This document shows, piece by piece, positions 21,448-31,385 of a DNA stretch of 64,000 nucleotides; position 1 is the first letter of the stretch, and each line of letters starts with the position of its first letter. The translations under genes were made by a program, and so were the position numbers. The stretch is taken from the NCBI GenBank assembly GCA_965261595.1, contig CBDHDG010000003.1, positions 64,001 to 128,000 of the forward strand. The letters run 5' to 3'. The stretch is from a bacterium (GTDB taxonomy: Bacteria > UBA8248 > JACPRG01 > G963555815). The notes beneath the pieces were generated by a model. It searched no databases, was not told the DNA's origin, and worked only from the letters and a program-made list of their open reading frames with translations.

Positions 21448-22806
21448 ATGAGCACAACGCTGATCCGGGATATCGATCTTCTGGTCACCGACATTGATGA
21501 GGAGCCCCTCCAGGGCGCGAGCCTGCTCATCGAAGGGGCGACAGTCCGGTCGATCGGGGCGGACGTCGCCTCTGATATCCAGCCCGACCGGACGATTGAC
21601 GGGCGCGGACATCTCTTCATGCCGGGGTTGATCAACACCCACCATCACTTCTACCAGTCGCTGACGCGCAACCTGCCCAAGACGCAGGACGCGAAACTTT
21701 TCGATTGGATCGTCGAGAACTTCAAGATCTGGCGCAACCTGGACCACGAAATGGCGGCCTCGGCCGGCAGGACCATCGCGGTCGAGCTTCTCTTGTCCGG
21801 CTGCACGACGGCGGTCGATCATTGCTACATCCATCCGAGGCGTTCCCCCGAGATTGCCGCTTATGAGATCCGGGCGGTGCGGGACGTCGGACTCCGGTTC
21901 CATTTGGCCCGGGGGGCGCTCTCGCCGGGGTTCGACCTCGACCCCGAAATCGTCCAGGAAGACGACGCCGTCCACAAGGCGACCCAGTCGTTGATCGAGG
22001 AATGGCACGAAGCCGAGCCCTGCGGGATGACGCGGATCTGCGTCGGCCCCTGCGCGCCCTTCAACGCGAGCGCGGACCTTTACCGCGAATCCAGGAAGAT
22101 GGCCGACAGCTATCCGGGCGTTCAGTGTCACACCCACCTGGCGGAGACGAAGGACGAGGAGGAATATTGCACGCACCATTTGGGCAAGCGGCCCTTCGAC
22201 TTCATGGAAGACGTGGGGTGGATGGACGAGCGTTGCTTTCACGCCCACAGCGTCTGGCTGAGCGGCGACGAGGTCAAAAAGATGGCCGGACTCGGCGGCG
22301 GCGTCGCGCATTGCCCGGTGAGCAACATGCGGCTGAGCTCGGGCATCGCCCCGGTGGTGGACATGCTCCGGGCCGGGGTGAACGTGGGCCTGGGGGTGGA
22401 CGGAAGCGCCAGCAACGACAGCTCGCACCTCTTCAACGAGGCCCGCCAGAGCCTGCTGATCCAGCGGATCCGGTACTCCGAGTCCGACATCTCGGCGCGC
22501 GACGTTTTGAGGATGGGGACCAAGACGGGGGCGGCGGTGCTGGGCAGGGACGACATCGGCGTCCTGGCCCCCGGCAAGGCGGCGGACGTGATCGGCGTGA
22601 ACCTGAACCAGATCCAGTTCGCCGGGGCGAACCACGACTACGTGGCGGCGCTGGTCTTCTGCGGTGTGCCGAAGGTGGACTATTCCATCGTGAACGGCGA
22701 GCTGAGGGTCGACAAGGGCGAGGTGGTCGGCGTGGACATCGGGCAGGTCATCGCCAAGCAGAACGAAATGGCGCTCAAGCTGGTGCGGAAAGCGGCGGGA
22801 TCTTAG
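21448..22806 (+). CDS. 8-oxoguanine deaminase-like amidohydrolase
   Basis: PGLINTHHHFYQSLTR, HTHLAET, HCPVSNMRLSSG, GLGVDGSASND. Confidence 0.85.
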   Translation: MSTTLIRDIDLLVTDIDEEPLQGASLLIEGATVRSIGADVASDIQPDRTIDGRGHLFMPGLINTHHHFYQSLTRNLPKTQDAKLFDWIVENFKIWRNLDHEMAASAGRTIAVELLLSGCTTAVDHCYIHPRRSPEIAAYEIRAVRDVGLRFHLARGALSPGFDLDPEIVQEDDAVHKATQSLIEEWHEAEPCGMTRICVGPCAPFNASADLYRESRKMADSYPGVQCHTHLAETKDEEEYCTHHLGKRPFDFMEDVGWMDERCFHAHSVWLSGDEVKKMAGLGGGVAHCPVSNMRLSSGIAPVVDMLRAGVNVGLGVDGSASNDSSHLFNEARQSLLIQRIRYSESDISARDVLRMGTKTGAAVLGRDDIGVLAPGKAADVIGVNLNQIQFAGANHDYVAALVFCGVPKVDYSIVNGELRVDKGEVVGVDIGQVIAKQNEMALKLVRKAAGS

Positions 22807-22842
22807 TTCATAAGCGGTTGCGATGGAAGCTGGTCGGCCAGA

Positions 22843-23667
22843 TTAATCCCTTGTCTTTACAATCCGCCCGTAAAGCTCCGGCTTTCGCCACGAATCCATC
22901 AGCCCCGGAATCGTTCGGTACGGCTTGGGCATGACCAGGTCCTCTTTGGTTTCGCGCAAAACCTTCAGCCGGTCGAGGTCCAGATCGGCGACGATCAGTC
23001 CCGGCGTGTCCCGTTCGACCAAAAGACCTTCCGGCCCGGCGATGGCCGCGATGCCTCTTTCCATCCCGAACAGGTTCTGGCACATGACGGAGTAGACGTA
23101 GTTCTCGATGGCCCGCGCCCGGACCAATATCCGCCACGACTCGGAGACCTCGTAGAACATCCCGCCCGCGGGATAAAAGATGATGTCCGCCCCGTCAAGG
23201 GCGAGAACCCGCGACATCTCGGGCGAGAAGATCTCCGAGCAGACCTGAAGCCCGACGTTGCCGTGAGGGGTTTCCAGGATTTTCAGCTCGTCCCCTTCCC
23301 GGACGTGGCGTCCGAAGAGAGGAAGGTCCACGCCGTCGCCCGCGCTCTGACAACGTTTGTACCGGTAGGCCCTCTTCCCTTCGGGTGTGTAGAAATCGAG
23401 CAGGTTGTAAAAGGCGTCGGGACCGGCCTCCTTCAAGCCCCCGGCGAGAACGTAGATGCTGTGTTCCTTCGCGGCGTCGGCCAGCGCTTCGGTGGGGTCG
23501 AAATCCATCGAGCCGGAATAAGGCCCGGGATAGCCCTCCGGGAAACAGATGAACTTTGCCCCTTCTTCCCCCGCCTGGCGGATGTACTTAAGCGCGACAG
23601 GCAGGTTTTCCGGCTCCCGTTCCTTCTGAAACGTCATCGGCTGGGCGGCGGCCACGCGAACTTTCAT
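22843..23667 (-). CDS. Carbon-nitrogen hydrolase (nitrilase superfamily)
   Basis: FPEG, VCSE, ARAIEN, ADLDL. Confidence 0.88.
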   Translation of the reverse strand: MKVRVAAAQPMTFQKEREPENLPVALKYIRQAGEEGAKFICFPEGYPGPYSGSMDFDPTEALADAAKEHSIYVLAGGLKEAGPDAFYNLLDFYTPEGKRAYRYKRCQSAGDGVDLPLFGRHVREGDELKILETPHGNVGLQVCSEIFSPEMSRVLALDGADIIFYPAGGMFYEVSESWRILVRARAIENYVYSVMCQNLFGMERGIAAIAGPEGLLVERDTPGLIVADLDLDRLKVLRETKEDLVMPKPYRTIPGLMDSWRKPELYGRIVKTRD

Positions 23668-23834
23668 GATTGATCCTCTCCGGGCGATTCCCCGCTCTTC
23701 GCGACGGCGGCGGGTCGGCGATTCTCCGCTTGGATTGGGCGTTCGGTTTTGTGAATACAGCTCCGGGCATTGTATACGACTGCGGCGCTGCCGTCGGCTG
23801 AAATTCCGGCCGGACCCGGCGCCTCAATCGCTCC

Positions 23835-25103
23835 TCATTCCACAAATTCTGTGGCCCGCTGATTGCGCGCCACCAACCTTCCGCGTTTGATCACGTGGCT
23901 TTTCTCCGATTGCGACCGGATGGCCTCGACGGCTGATGGCGCGTCGAACACCACCAGGTCCGCACGCTTGCAGACCTCGATTCCGTAGGTCTCCTCAATT
24001 CCCAGGACGCGGGCGGCGTTTTTCGTTCCCATCTCAAAAATGGTGTTCAACTCGTCATCCGACCCCAGGTGCGCCGCCTGGGCCGCGATGAGCCCTTCCA
24101 AAAGGAGGTCTCCGTTGCCGAATGGATTGAAGGCGTCCCGGACGTCGTTCGAGGCGTATGCCACGTTCACCCCCGCATCCAGAAACTCCTTCACCCGCGT
24201 CAAACCGCGCCTCACGTCCTTCGGGTCGTCCCGCCCCTGTCGATACAACTGGGCGGAGGCGAACACGAGGACATTCAGCCGGGCGCGGCGGACGGCCTCG
24301 ATGGCCCGCCCGGCCTCGCGGGGGCTCATCGAGTCGAGCGCGCAGAGGTGGCCCACCGACACCCGTCCCTCGTATCCCGCGGCGAGCGTCCGCTCGATGA
24401 CGCCCCAAACCTCCAATTTCTCGGCCGGCCGCTCATCGAGGAGATCCATGTCCAAGGAGAAATGGAGGCGGCAGCCGCGCGATTGCGCCAGGCCGAAGAG
24501 GAGGTCGAGGTGCGGATCGAGGTCCGAATCGAAAGCGGGGGCGCCTCCCAGAACGTCCGCGCCCAGGACCAGGGCCTCGCGCAGGAGGTCCAGGGTTCCG
24601 GGCGCGCGGACGACGCCGAATTGGGGATAGGCCAAAATCTGGAGGTCCAGGCGCGGGGAGAATTCCTCCTTGAGGCGGAGGAAAAGCTCGACGCGCTTTG
24701 TTCCAATTTCCGGGTAAACATCCGCGACGCCGCGGAGAACCGTTGTCCCGTGCCGAACGGCCTGAGAGAGAAACCGCCGGGCCCGCCGCTCGATCGCGTC
24801 CAGGCCCATGACGCCGGCGGCCCCCTGTGTCAGGTCGAGAAGGTCCCGCTCCCCGAAGGCGTCCGGGCGAAAGCCGGCTTCGTCGGCAAGGTGGACCTTG
24901 TCCAGGTAGACGTGGGCGTCGACAAACGCGGGGGCGACGAGTCTCCCATCGACCTCGAGGGTCGAAGCGCCGGGCCGCGCGATGGATTCGGAAATTTCCC
25001 GGATCGCGCCCCCAACGATTGCGATATCCAGCGGGCCCCGGCCGTCAGGCAGCCGGCACCGCCGGAGGACGAGGTCCCCATCGCCGTTTGGAGTTGATTC
25101 CAT
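23835..25103 (-). CDS. Cytosine deaminase (CodA)-like amidohydrolase fold with degenerate metal site
   Basis: PAFVDAHVYLDK, GTT..R, AYPQ.G, RRGLTRVKE, VRDAFNPFG.GD, IE..KRADLV. Confidence 0.85.
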   Translation of the reverse strand: MESTPNGDGDLVLRRCRLPDGRGPLDIAIVGGAIREISESIARPGASTLEVDGRLVAPAFVDAHVYLDKVHLADEAGFRPDAFGERDLLDLTQGAAGVMGLDAIERRARRFLSQAVRHGTTVLRGVADVYPEIGTKRVELFLRLKEEFSPRLDLQILAYPQFGVVRAPGTLDLLREALVLGADVLGGAPAFDSDLDPHLDLLFGLAQSRGCRLHFSLDMDLLDERPAEKLEVWGVIERTLAAGYEGRVSVGHLCALDSMSPREAGRAIEAVRRARLNVLVFASAQLYRQGRDDPKDVRRGLTRVKEFLDAGVNVAYASNDVRDAFNPFGNGDLLLEGLIAAQAAHLGSDDELNTIFEMGTKNAARVLGIEETYGIEVCKRADLVVFDAPSAVEAIRSQSEKSHVIKRGRLVARNQRATEFVE

Positions 25104-25384
25104 TTTCCGACATCCCATCGAAGCTTTTGAAACGCGGCGCCGTCCCCCTTCAACCATAGCAAAGGAACCGGATTGACAGAAAGCCCGCACCCCCTCATAT
25201 GTCGCGGTGAAGGGCTCCTGAATCGGTTGATGAATGCCCGGCGGGACTTGTTTCACCCCCCCGCCCCCGAGCGCTTGACAGTGAAACGACGCCGGATTCA
25301 AGATGGAGCCGCGTATGGATTTTGCGGGGTCGACGAAGGCGTTGGACCGATGGGTCGGATCGGGGAAAGGGAAATTTGCCTACC

Positions 25385-26203
25385 GTGAGCGCGGATGAGC
25401 CGCTTTATGACGTCCGGGGGCCGAAGCTTTTGGGCGAGATGACCTCGCCCGAAGTCGCGGACGTCCTCGAACAATCCAGTTTGGCGATCATCGCGGCCGG
25501 TTCGACCGAGCAGCACGGGCCGCATCTGCCCCTTTGGACGGATGCCTTTTCCGGCGAGACGCTTTGCAGGCGGGTGATCGCGCGTCTTCGGGAAGAGGGA
25601 CAGACGGCCGTCGGCACGGTCATCCCCTATGCCCCGACCTCCGACCGGATGCGCTGGCCCGGCACCTTGACGGTTTCGAACGATACGTTCCTCGCCCTGG
25701 CCCGGGACATCGGACGCAGCCTTTTCCGCCACGGGTTTAGACGCCAGGTCTGGCTCGTCTGCCATCTGGACAGCCATGGACCCCTGCTCGTCGTCGCGCG
25801 GGATTTGGTGGACGAGTTGGGCGCGCAAGCGGCGGTCTTGTGGGGCTGGCTTCGCGTTGGCGACTACGACGCCCGCCACGACCTCTCGACGGCCGAATCC
25901 CCGGGGGCGGACGGTCACGCGGGCGAGATGGAGACCTCGCGGGTCCTGGTTTCCCATCCCGGTCTGGTCGATGAGAGCCGCATGGGCAGTTATTTCCCCG
26001 AGGGCGCAAAAGAGAAAATCCCCTTTGACGAAATCTCCCTCAACGGCGGGGCGTTATTCGCGCCCCCGGCGGACTTCGGCGCGGTCTCCCCGGCAGGGTT
26101 CGTGGGCCGGGCCGACCTGGCGACGGCGGAGAAAGGGGAGAAAGAATTCGAGTTGGCGGTGGACTGGATTTGCCGCGTGATCCGGCGGGATTTCCTCTCA
26201 TGA
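25385..26203 (+). CDS. Creatininase-family amidohydrolase
   Basis: GSTEQHGPHLP..TD, PGTL, HAGEMETS, AT.EKG. Confidence 0.9.
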   Translation: MSADEPLYDVRGPKLLGEMTSPEVADVLEQSSLAIIAAGSTEQHGPHLPLWTDAFSGETLCRRVIARLREEGQTAVGTVIPYAPTSDRMRWPGTLTVSNDTFLALARDIGRSLFRHGFRRQVWLVCHLDSHGPLLVVARDLVDELGAQAAVLWGWLRVGDYDARHDLSTAESPGADGHAGEMETSRVLVSHPGLVDESRMGSYFPEGAKEKIPFDEISLNGGALFAPPADFGAVSPAGFVGRADLATAEKGEKEFELAVDWICRVIRRDFLS

Positions 26204-26272
26204 CGTTCCTGATCTGATTTCCAGTCCCGATCCCCGGCGGGGCCGGGTCAGCGTATTGAAGGAGACAACACC

Positions 26273-27853
26273 GTGGCGGAAACGTACGACATCATCGTGA
26301 TCGGCGGAGGACACAACGGACTGGCTTTGGCCGGCTATCTGGCCAAGGCGGGGGAGAGCGTCCTCGTTCTGGAACGGCGCGACATCTACGGCGGCGGCGT
26401 CATCTCAGAAGAGCTCATCCCCGGTTTCACGATGAGCACCCACGCGATGAACCACCACTGGCTTCATATCGGACCGGTGTACAAAGACCTGGAGCTGAAG
26501 AAGTACGGCTCCGAGTATGTCTTCCCCGACATCATCTCGACGCATCTGTGGAAGGACGGGGAGAGCATCTCCGTCTATCGGGACATGGACCGGACGGCCA
26601 AAGAGATCGCCCGGTTCTCCGAGGCGGACGCCAAGTCCTATAAAGAGTGGATCTTGTCCATGAAGGACGCATTCGCGCTCTTCGCCAAGAGTTTTTTTTC
26701 GTCTCCACTTCCAGGCTCGGAGGTGTTCCGCTTGTACGAGGATCTCCCCAACGGCCAGGAAGTCGTAAAAACCCTGGCCATGAGCATGGCGGACGTGGCC
26801 GAGGAGTTGTTCGTTCATGAGCGCACCAAGACGTTTTTCCTGGGTTATTGTCTCCAGACGCTGAATCACTACGGTGCCAAGGGATCGGGCGCCGTGCCGA
26901 TCACGCTGATCGTCAACCAGCACCTGTCCACGGGAAACGCCATGGCCGTGGGCGGGGCGGGAACCATGACGAGGGCGATGGTCGGCTTCCTGGAGCGCCA
27001 CGGCGGGAAGGTGCGGACGAACGCGCACGTTTCGGAAGTCATCCTGGAGGGGGGAGGGGGGCGAGCGGTCGGCGTCCGGTTGGAGAACGGGGAGCGGATC
27101 GACGCCCGCAAGGCCGTCGCGAGCAACGTAGAGCCGGGCCAGCTCCTCCTCGACCTGGTCGGGGAGGAGAAGCTGGAGGAAAAATATACGAAGAAGGTCA
27201 AGAACTTCCAGTGGAATTATTTCGGAATGTTCGCGGTGAACGTCGCCTTGGACGAAGACGTGAGCTACCGGGCGGACAATCCGTCTGTCAACGAGTCATA
27301 CAACGTCGTCCTGGGACGGGAGGATTTCGAGGACATCAAGCGCGAGTACCGCCAAATGGAGGACGGCATGCCGGTCAGCCCGCCCTGTTACACCGTTTTG
27401 CATCCGACCCGATTGGACGCGAGCCAGGCGCCCCCCGGAAAGCACGTCATCGCCATCTGGCAATACGCGCCCCACGACCTTCAGGGCGGGGCGGAGAAGT
27501 GGGATGAGATCAAGGAGGAGTACGCTGACGAGTGCGTGGGGATGTTGAGCGGCTTCGCGCCCAACGTCAAGCCGTCCACCATTCTGGGCCGATTTGTCAT
27601 GTCCCCAAGGGATATCTGGAGGACAAACATCTGCATGATCAAAGGGGATACGATGGGCGGACGGCTCACCCAGGACCAGATGGGCATCCTGCGGCCCTTT
27701 CCCGGCGAGCGGGCTTATCGGACGCCCATCGAAGGTCTCTATCTCTGCGGGCCGAGCACGCACCCGCGGGGGGGCTGCCACGCCGCCAACGGATACAACT
27801 GCGTCAACGCGATGGCGGAAGACCTGGGCATTCCGAAATGGTGGGCGAAGTAG
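26273..27853 (+). CDS. Phytoene dehydrogenase-like FAD oxidoreductase
   Basis: IGGGHNGL, VLERR, AP.GKH, TPIEGLYLCG.STHP.GG. Confidence 0.9.
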   Translation: MAETYDIIVIGGGHNGLALAGYLAKAGESVLVLERRDIYGGGVISEELIPGFTMSTHAMNHHWLHIGPVYKDLELKKYGSEYVFPDIISTHLWKDGESISVYRDMDRTAKEIARFSEADAKSYKEWILSMKDAFALFAKSFFSSPLPGSEVFRLYEDLPNGQEVVKTLAMSMADVAEELFVHERTKTFFLGYCLQTLNHYGAKGSGAVPITLIVNQHLSTGNAMAVGGAGTMTRAMVGFLERHGGKVRTNAHVSEVILEGGGGRAVGVRLENGERIDARKAVASNVEPGQLLLDLVGEEKLEEKYTKKVKNFQWNYFGMFAVNVALDEDVSYRADNPSVNESYNVVLGREDFEDIKREYRQMEDGMPVSPPCYTVLHPTRLDASQAPPGKHVIAIWQYAPHDLQGGAEKWDEIKEEYADECVGMLSGFAPNVKPSTILGRFVMSPRDIWRTNICMIKGDTMGGRLTQDQMGILRPFPGERAYRTPIEGLYLCGPSTHPRGGCHAANGYNCVNAMAEDLGIPKWWAK

Positions 27854-27915
27854 GTTCAACTTCGCTTGGAGACGGTTGCACCGCCGGGAAGGTGTAGACG
27901 CCCAAAAAGGTTCGG

Positions 27916-28554
27916 TCAGGTCTTCTTCGGGTTTTCCGTTTTCTCCATGAATGCCGCCCAGGTGACGTCCTGGTTGATGCGGTCTTCGGTCCGGCAGTAG
28001 AGGGGGCCGTAGTATCGGCCGATGGGCGCGAAATCGGGAGAGACGTACCCATCCTTCATGATCTCGTCCGCCACGTGAAAGTGGACGACCTCGCCGAACA
28101 GGACGGTCCAGCGCGCGTCGGGGTCCCCCAGACAGAGCGTCTTGTAGAGCTGGCATTCCATTTGAATGGGGGATTCCGCGATGCGCGGCGGTTTGACTTT
28201 GACGCTCGGCAGGGCGGTCAATCCCGCCTCTTCAATTTCGGAGACGCCGCGGTCAAAATCCCGCGCCGAGACCAGCATCGCCTCCATCACCTTCTCGGTC
28301 ACCACGTTGACGACGAATTCGCCGGTCTCGACGATGTTGCTCCGGGTGTCCTTCTCCTGGTCTTCGCGGCGGGCGGTCGAGATCGAGATGATGGGCGGTG
28401 AGGTGCAGTGGATCATGAAAAAGCTGAACGGGGCCAGGTTGGCCGCGCTGGCCGCGTCAAGGCTGCTCACCCAGGCGATGGGCCGGGGAATGACGCATGC
28501 CTGGAGGAGCCGGTAAACATCCTTCCGATCGGAGGTCTTCGGGTCCAGGTCCAT
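27916..28554 (-). CDS. Flavin reductase-like FMN-binding protein
   Basis: VIPRPIAWVSS, NLAPFSFF, KDT..NI..TGEFVVN, PRIAESP. Confidence 0.92.
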   Translation of the reverse strand: MDLDPKTSDRKDVYRLLQACVIPRPIAWVSSLDAASAANLAPFSFFMIHCTSPPIISISTARREDQEKDTRSNIVETGEFVVNVVTEKVMEAMLVSARDFDRGVSEIEEAGLTALPSVKVKPPRIAESPIQMECQLYKTLCLGDPDARWTVLFGEVVHFHVADEIMKDGYVSPDFAPIGRYYGPLYCRTEDRINQDVTWAAFMEKTENPKKT

Positions 28555-28663
28555 TGTTTTCCGTTCCGGCTGGTGTCGGCAGGCCGGCCGGGAGTCTCGC
28601 ACTCGGTTTTCCAACCCGGGCGGGACGCCCGGCCTGCCTATTCACGCGGCGCCGGGTCCTCAG

Positions 28664-29161
28664 TCAGCCGCCCGCTTCGCGGATCTCGATGAGCATCACG
28701 CCATCGAGCCGGGTCCGGCCGCACATTCGGGCCAGCGCAAAGAGGTTTTCCGTCACCTGCGCGAAGACGGTCACCCGGTGGGGGCCGGAGGGCATCCGGA
28801 ACCCGCACACGCCGTACGCCAGCGCCATTTCCTGCTCATCGACGTCGTACGTAAGATGGCCGGGCGCCCCGTAGGTCATGATGTTCTCCAACGTCTCGAC
28901 CGGCAGGTCCACCTTTTCCAGGCAGCGTATCATGTCTCCCGACCAGGCCACATGGACGGCGTGTCCCTGGATGGGCAGGCGCCGCCAGAACGCCTCGCAG
29001 GTCTTCGGCGCGCCCCTCTCAAGGAGGGCCCCCGCGGCCGTAACGCCGTTGAGCTCGATCTCGAAGCGCCGCGCGCCGGGTTCCGGGATGAGGTGGCGCG
29101 CCCACTTCTTGTTCCACGCCTCGTCCCAAACCCGCCGCAGCTTTTCCATGTCCGGGCTCAT
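28664..29161 (-). CDS. DUF3830-like (cyclophilin-like fold) protein, paralogue B
   Basis: APKTCEAFW..LP, H..WSG, EN, G...VTVFA; 165 aa. Confidence 0.7.
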   Translation of the reverse strand: MSPDMEKLRRVWDEAWNKKWARHLIPEPGARRFEIELNGVTAAGALLERGAPKTCEAFWRRLPIQGHAVHVAWSGDMIRCLEKVDLPVETLENIMTYGAPGHLTYDVDEQEMALAYGVCGFRMPSGPHRVTVFAQVTENLFALARMCGRTRLDGVMLIEIREAGG

Positions 29162-29238
29162 TCGATCCGCCTCCGGGCGCCTTGTTGAAGTCGAATGCCG
29201 CGCCTCCCCCCATTTGCCGACACGCACGGCGCCCTCGC

Positions 29239-29736
29239 TCACCCGCCGGCCGCCCGAAGCTCCACAGGCATCACGCCGTCGAGTCGGGTTCTGCCGCACA
29301 TATGGGCCAGCGCACAGAGGTTCTCCGTCACCTGCGCGAAGACGGTCAGCCGGTGAGGGCCGGAGGGCATCCGGAACCCGCACACGCCGTAGACCAGGGC
29401 GATCTCCCGCTCCTCGACGTCGAAGGTGATGTGGCCGGGCGCGCCGTACGTCATGACGTTCTCGAACCCGGCCACCGGAAGGTCCACCTTCTCCACGTAG
29501 CGGATCATGTCGCCCGACCAGGCCGCGTTGATGGCGTGCCCGCAGATGGGCAGGCTTTTCCAGAAGGCCTCGCAGGTCTTCGGCGCGCCCTTCTCAAGGA
29601 GGGCCCCCACGGCCGTGACGCCGTTGATCTCAATCTCGAAACGCCGCGCGCCGGGCTCCGGGATGAGGTGGCGCACCCACTTCTTGTTCCAAGCCTCGTC
29701 CCAATCCTCTCGCAGCTTGTCCATGTCCAGGCTCAT
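29239..29736 (-). CDS. DUF3830-like protein, paralogue A
   Basis: Same length (498 bp) and collinear with 28664-29161; ATG overlaps the stop of the upstream nitrilase. Confidence 0.7.
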   Translation of the reverse strand: MSLDMDKLREDWDEAWNKKWVRHLIPEPGARRFEIEINGVTAVGALLEKGAPKTCEAFWKSLPICGHAINAAWSGDMIRYVEKVDLPVAGFENVMTYGAPGHITFDVEEREIALVYGVCGFRMPSGPHRLTVFAQVTENLCALAHMCGRTRLDGVMPVELRAAGG

Positions 29737-30608
29737 GTCTTCGACCTTTCGGCGCTCCGGTGGATTCGGTTCCCGGCCGGCCGGGGCTCTGAAACGGCCC
29801 CGTAGAGCTCGGGCCGCCGATCCTCCAACAGGCGGAGCTCGAACTCGCCGGGCTTCAGGACGAGGTTTCGCTCGCGCGACGCACTGGGATCGATGTCGGC
29901 GTAGATGATGTCCGGGACGTCGGCCGCCGCCTCGGCCAGGATCTCGCCCTCGGGGCCGCAGATCTGGCTGCGTCCGAAAAACCGCGCGCCGCGCTCCTCC
30001 CCGCCCCGGTTGGCCGCGATGATGTAGAGATGGTTCTCGCGGGCGCGCGCCCGGACGACGTAATCCGGGTTCGCCTCCCGGCCGGCGGGCCAGTTCGTGG
30101 GCAGAAGGAGCAGGTCCATTCCTTCCAGCACCAGCGAGCGCGCGGGCTCGGGAAAGAAGTTGTCGTAGCAGATGAGGATGCCGATGCGCCCGATGGCGGT
30201 CTCGACGATGTCGAGCGGGCCCGGGCCGGGGTCCAAGAAGCGGTCCACGCCCAGGCGGGGGAGGTGGGTCTTCCGGTAAACGTGCAGGATGACCCCCTGC
30301 GGGCCGATGAGGACGGCTGTGTTGTAAAGGCTCTCTCCCTCCCGCTCCAGGAGCCCGGCCACGACGTAGGCGTCCGTCTCGCGGGCCTTGGCCGCCAGGG
30401 CCTCGGTGGAGGGGCCGGGGACCTCCTCGGCCTGGGCCTCCGCCTCTTTCCGGCTGTCGAAGCAATACCCCGTCAGGCCGCACTCGGGGAGGACGACGAG
30501 GCGGGCCCCGCGGGCCGCGCATTCATCGATGAGACGGAGCGACTCGACCAGGTTGGCCCGCCGGTCGGCGAAGGCGGGAATCGTTTGGACGGCGGCGCAG
30601 GTGATCAT
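29733..30608 (-). CDS. Carbon-nitrogen hydrolase with canonical E-K-C triad
   Basis: LPEC.LTGY, YRKTHL, ICYD, ARAREN, DRRPELY. Confidence 0.92.
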   Translation of the reverse strand: MITCAAVQTIPAFADRRANLVESLRLIDECAARGARLVVLPECGLTGYCFDSRKEAEAQAEEVPGPSTEALAAKARETDAYVVAGLLEREGESLYNTAVLIGPQGVILHVYRKTHLPRLGVDRFLDPGPGPLDIVETAIGRIGILICYDNFFPEPARSLVLEGMDLLLLPTNWPAGREANPDYVVRARARENHLYIIAANRGGEERGARFFGRSQICGPEGEILAEAAADVPDIIYADIDPSASRERNLVLKPGEFELRLLEDRRPELYGAVSEPRPAGNRIHRSAERSKT

Positions 30609-30952
30609 TCGTCCATCTCCGTAATTTTCCGGTACAGGAAGATCTGCGGGTTCCTCACGTAGGGTTTCAGATGCGCCCAGCCCCGCCGGCTTTGGAACTC
30701 GGGGGTGTCGAGGGCCTTCTCCGAATCGATTTCATAGATGGCGACGTATTTAGGGCAGGTGAAAGTCGGAGGGGCCGCGCCTTTTTGCGTGGAAATGGGG
30801 GTGGCCACAAAGCGCCTTGCCCTCCGGAATCCCGGACAGTCGATGATCTCTGGCAGGTGGACCTCGTCGTACCATCGGTTGAACTCTTCTTCATGGGCCG
30901 GGTCGATGTCCACCCGGACCTCCATGATCATGCCGCCGTCTGTTTCCGCCAT
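30605..30952 (-). CDS. EthD/DUF4286-like dimeric alpha-beta barrel protein
   Basis: EEFNRWYDEVHLPE...PGF..ARRF, Y.AIYE. Confidence 0.75.
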   Translation of the reverse strand: MAETDGGMIMEVRVDIDPAHEEEFNRWYDEVHLPEIIDCPGFRRARRFVATPISTQKGAAPPTFTCPKYVAIYEIDSEKALDTPEFQSRRGWAHLKPYVRNPQIFLYRKITEMDE

Positions 30953-30998
30953 CTGAACGCTCCCCCTTTCCGATCCCTATTATTCGGGTGGACGCATT

Positions 30999-31385
30999 TT
31001 ATCGCTTTTTGAATTCCCCGGCGACCGGCCGTTTCCGGATGGCCCCGCCCATCCCGGCGGGCGGAGAGAAGATCCCCAAAAAACGAACGGGCTCATCGTG
31101 CGGATTGGTGTGCTGGTGGGTCGCGCCCGGCGGGATGAACAGAAGCGAGCCGGGGACCAGGCGGTGCGTCTCGCCCTCAGGCGTCACGATGACCTGTTCG
31201 CCCTCCAGGACGAAAAGAATCTCCTCCTCCTCGCGCGAGTGGACGTCGCTCTTCGCGCCCGGGGGCAATTCGGCGTGGCACACCATGACGTTCTTCGCGC
31301 CCGTCGCCTCGTCCACCAGGACCTTCGTCAATCGGCCGCCCGGGGCCTCGTATGCGGTCTCGTCCCGGATGTTCACGTGTCTCAT
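30999..31385 (-). CDS. Cupin domain protein
   Basis: PPGAKSDVH..EEE.LFVLEG, IPPGATH. Confidence 0.85.
   Translation of the reverse strand: MRHVNIRDETAYEAPGGRLTKVLVDEATGAKNVMVCHAELPPGAKSDVHSREEEEILFVLEGEQVIVTPEGETHRLVPGSLLFIPPGATHQHTNPHDEPVRFLGIFSPPAGMGGAIRKRPVAGEFKKR

Noticed and set aside
25385..26203. Mycofactocin or other RiPP cluster suggested by the creatininase and radical SAM genes
   Set aside because: No precursor peptide or SPASM-type enzyme; the radical SAM gene is 22 kb away and B12-type.
29737..30522. 427-aa ORF appearing to extend the DUF3830-like gene
   Set aside because: The extension is an alternate frame of the nitrilase; the paralogue fixes the start at 29736.
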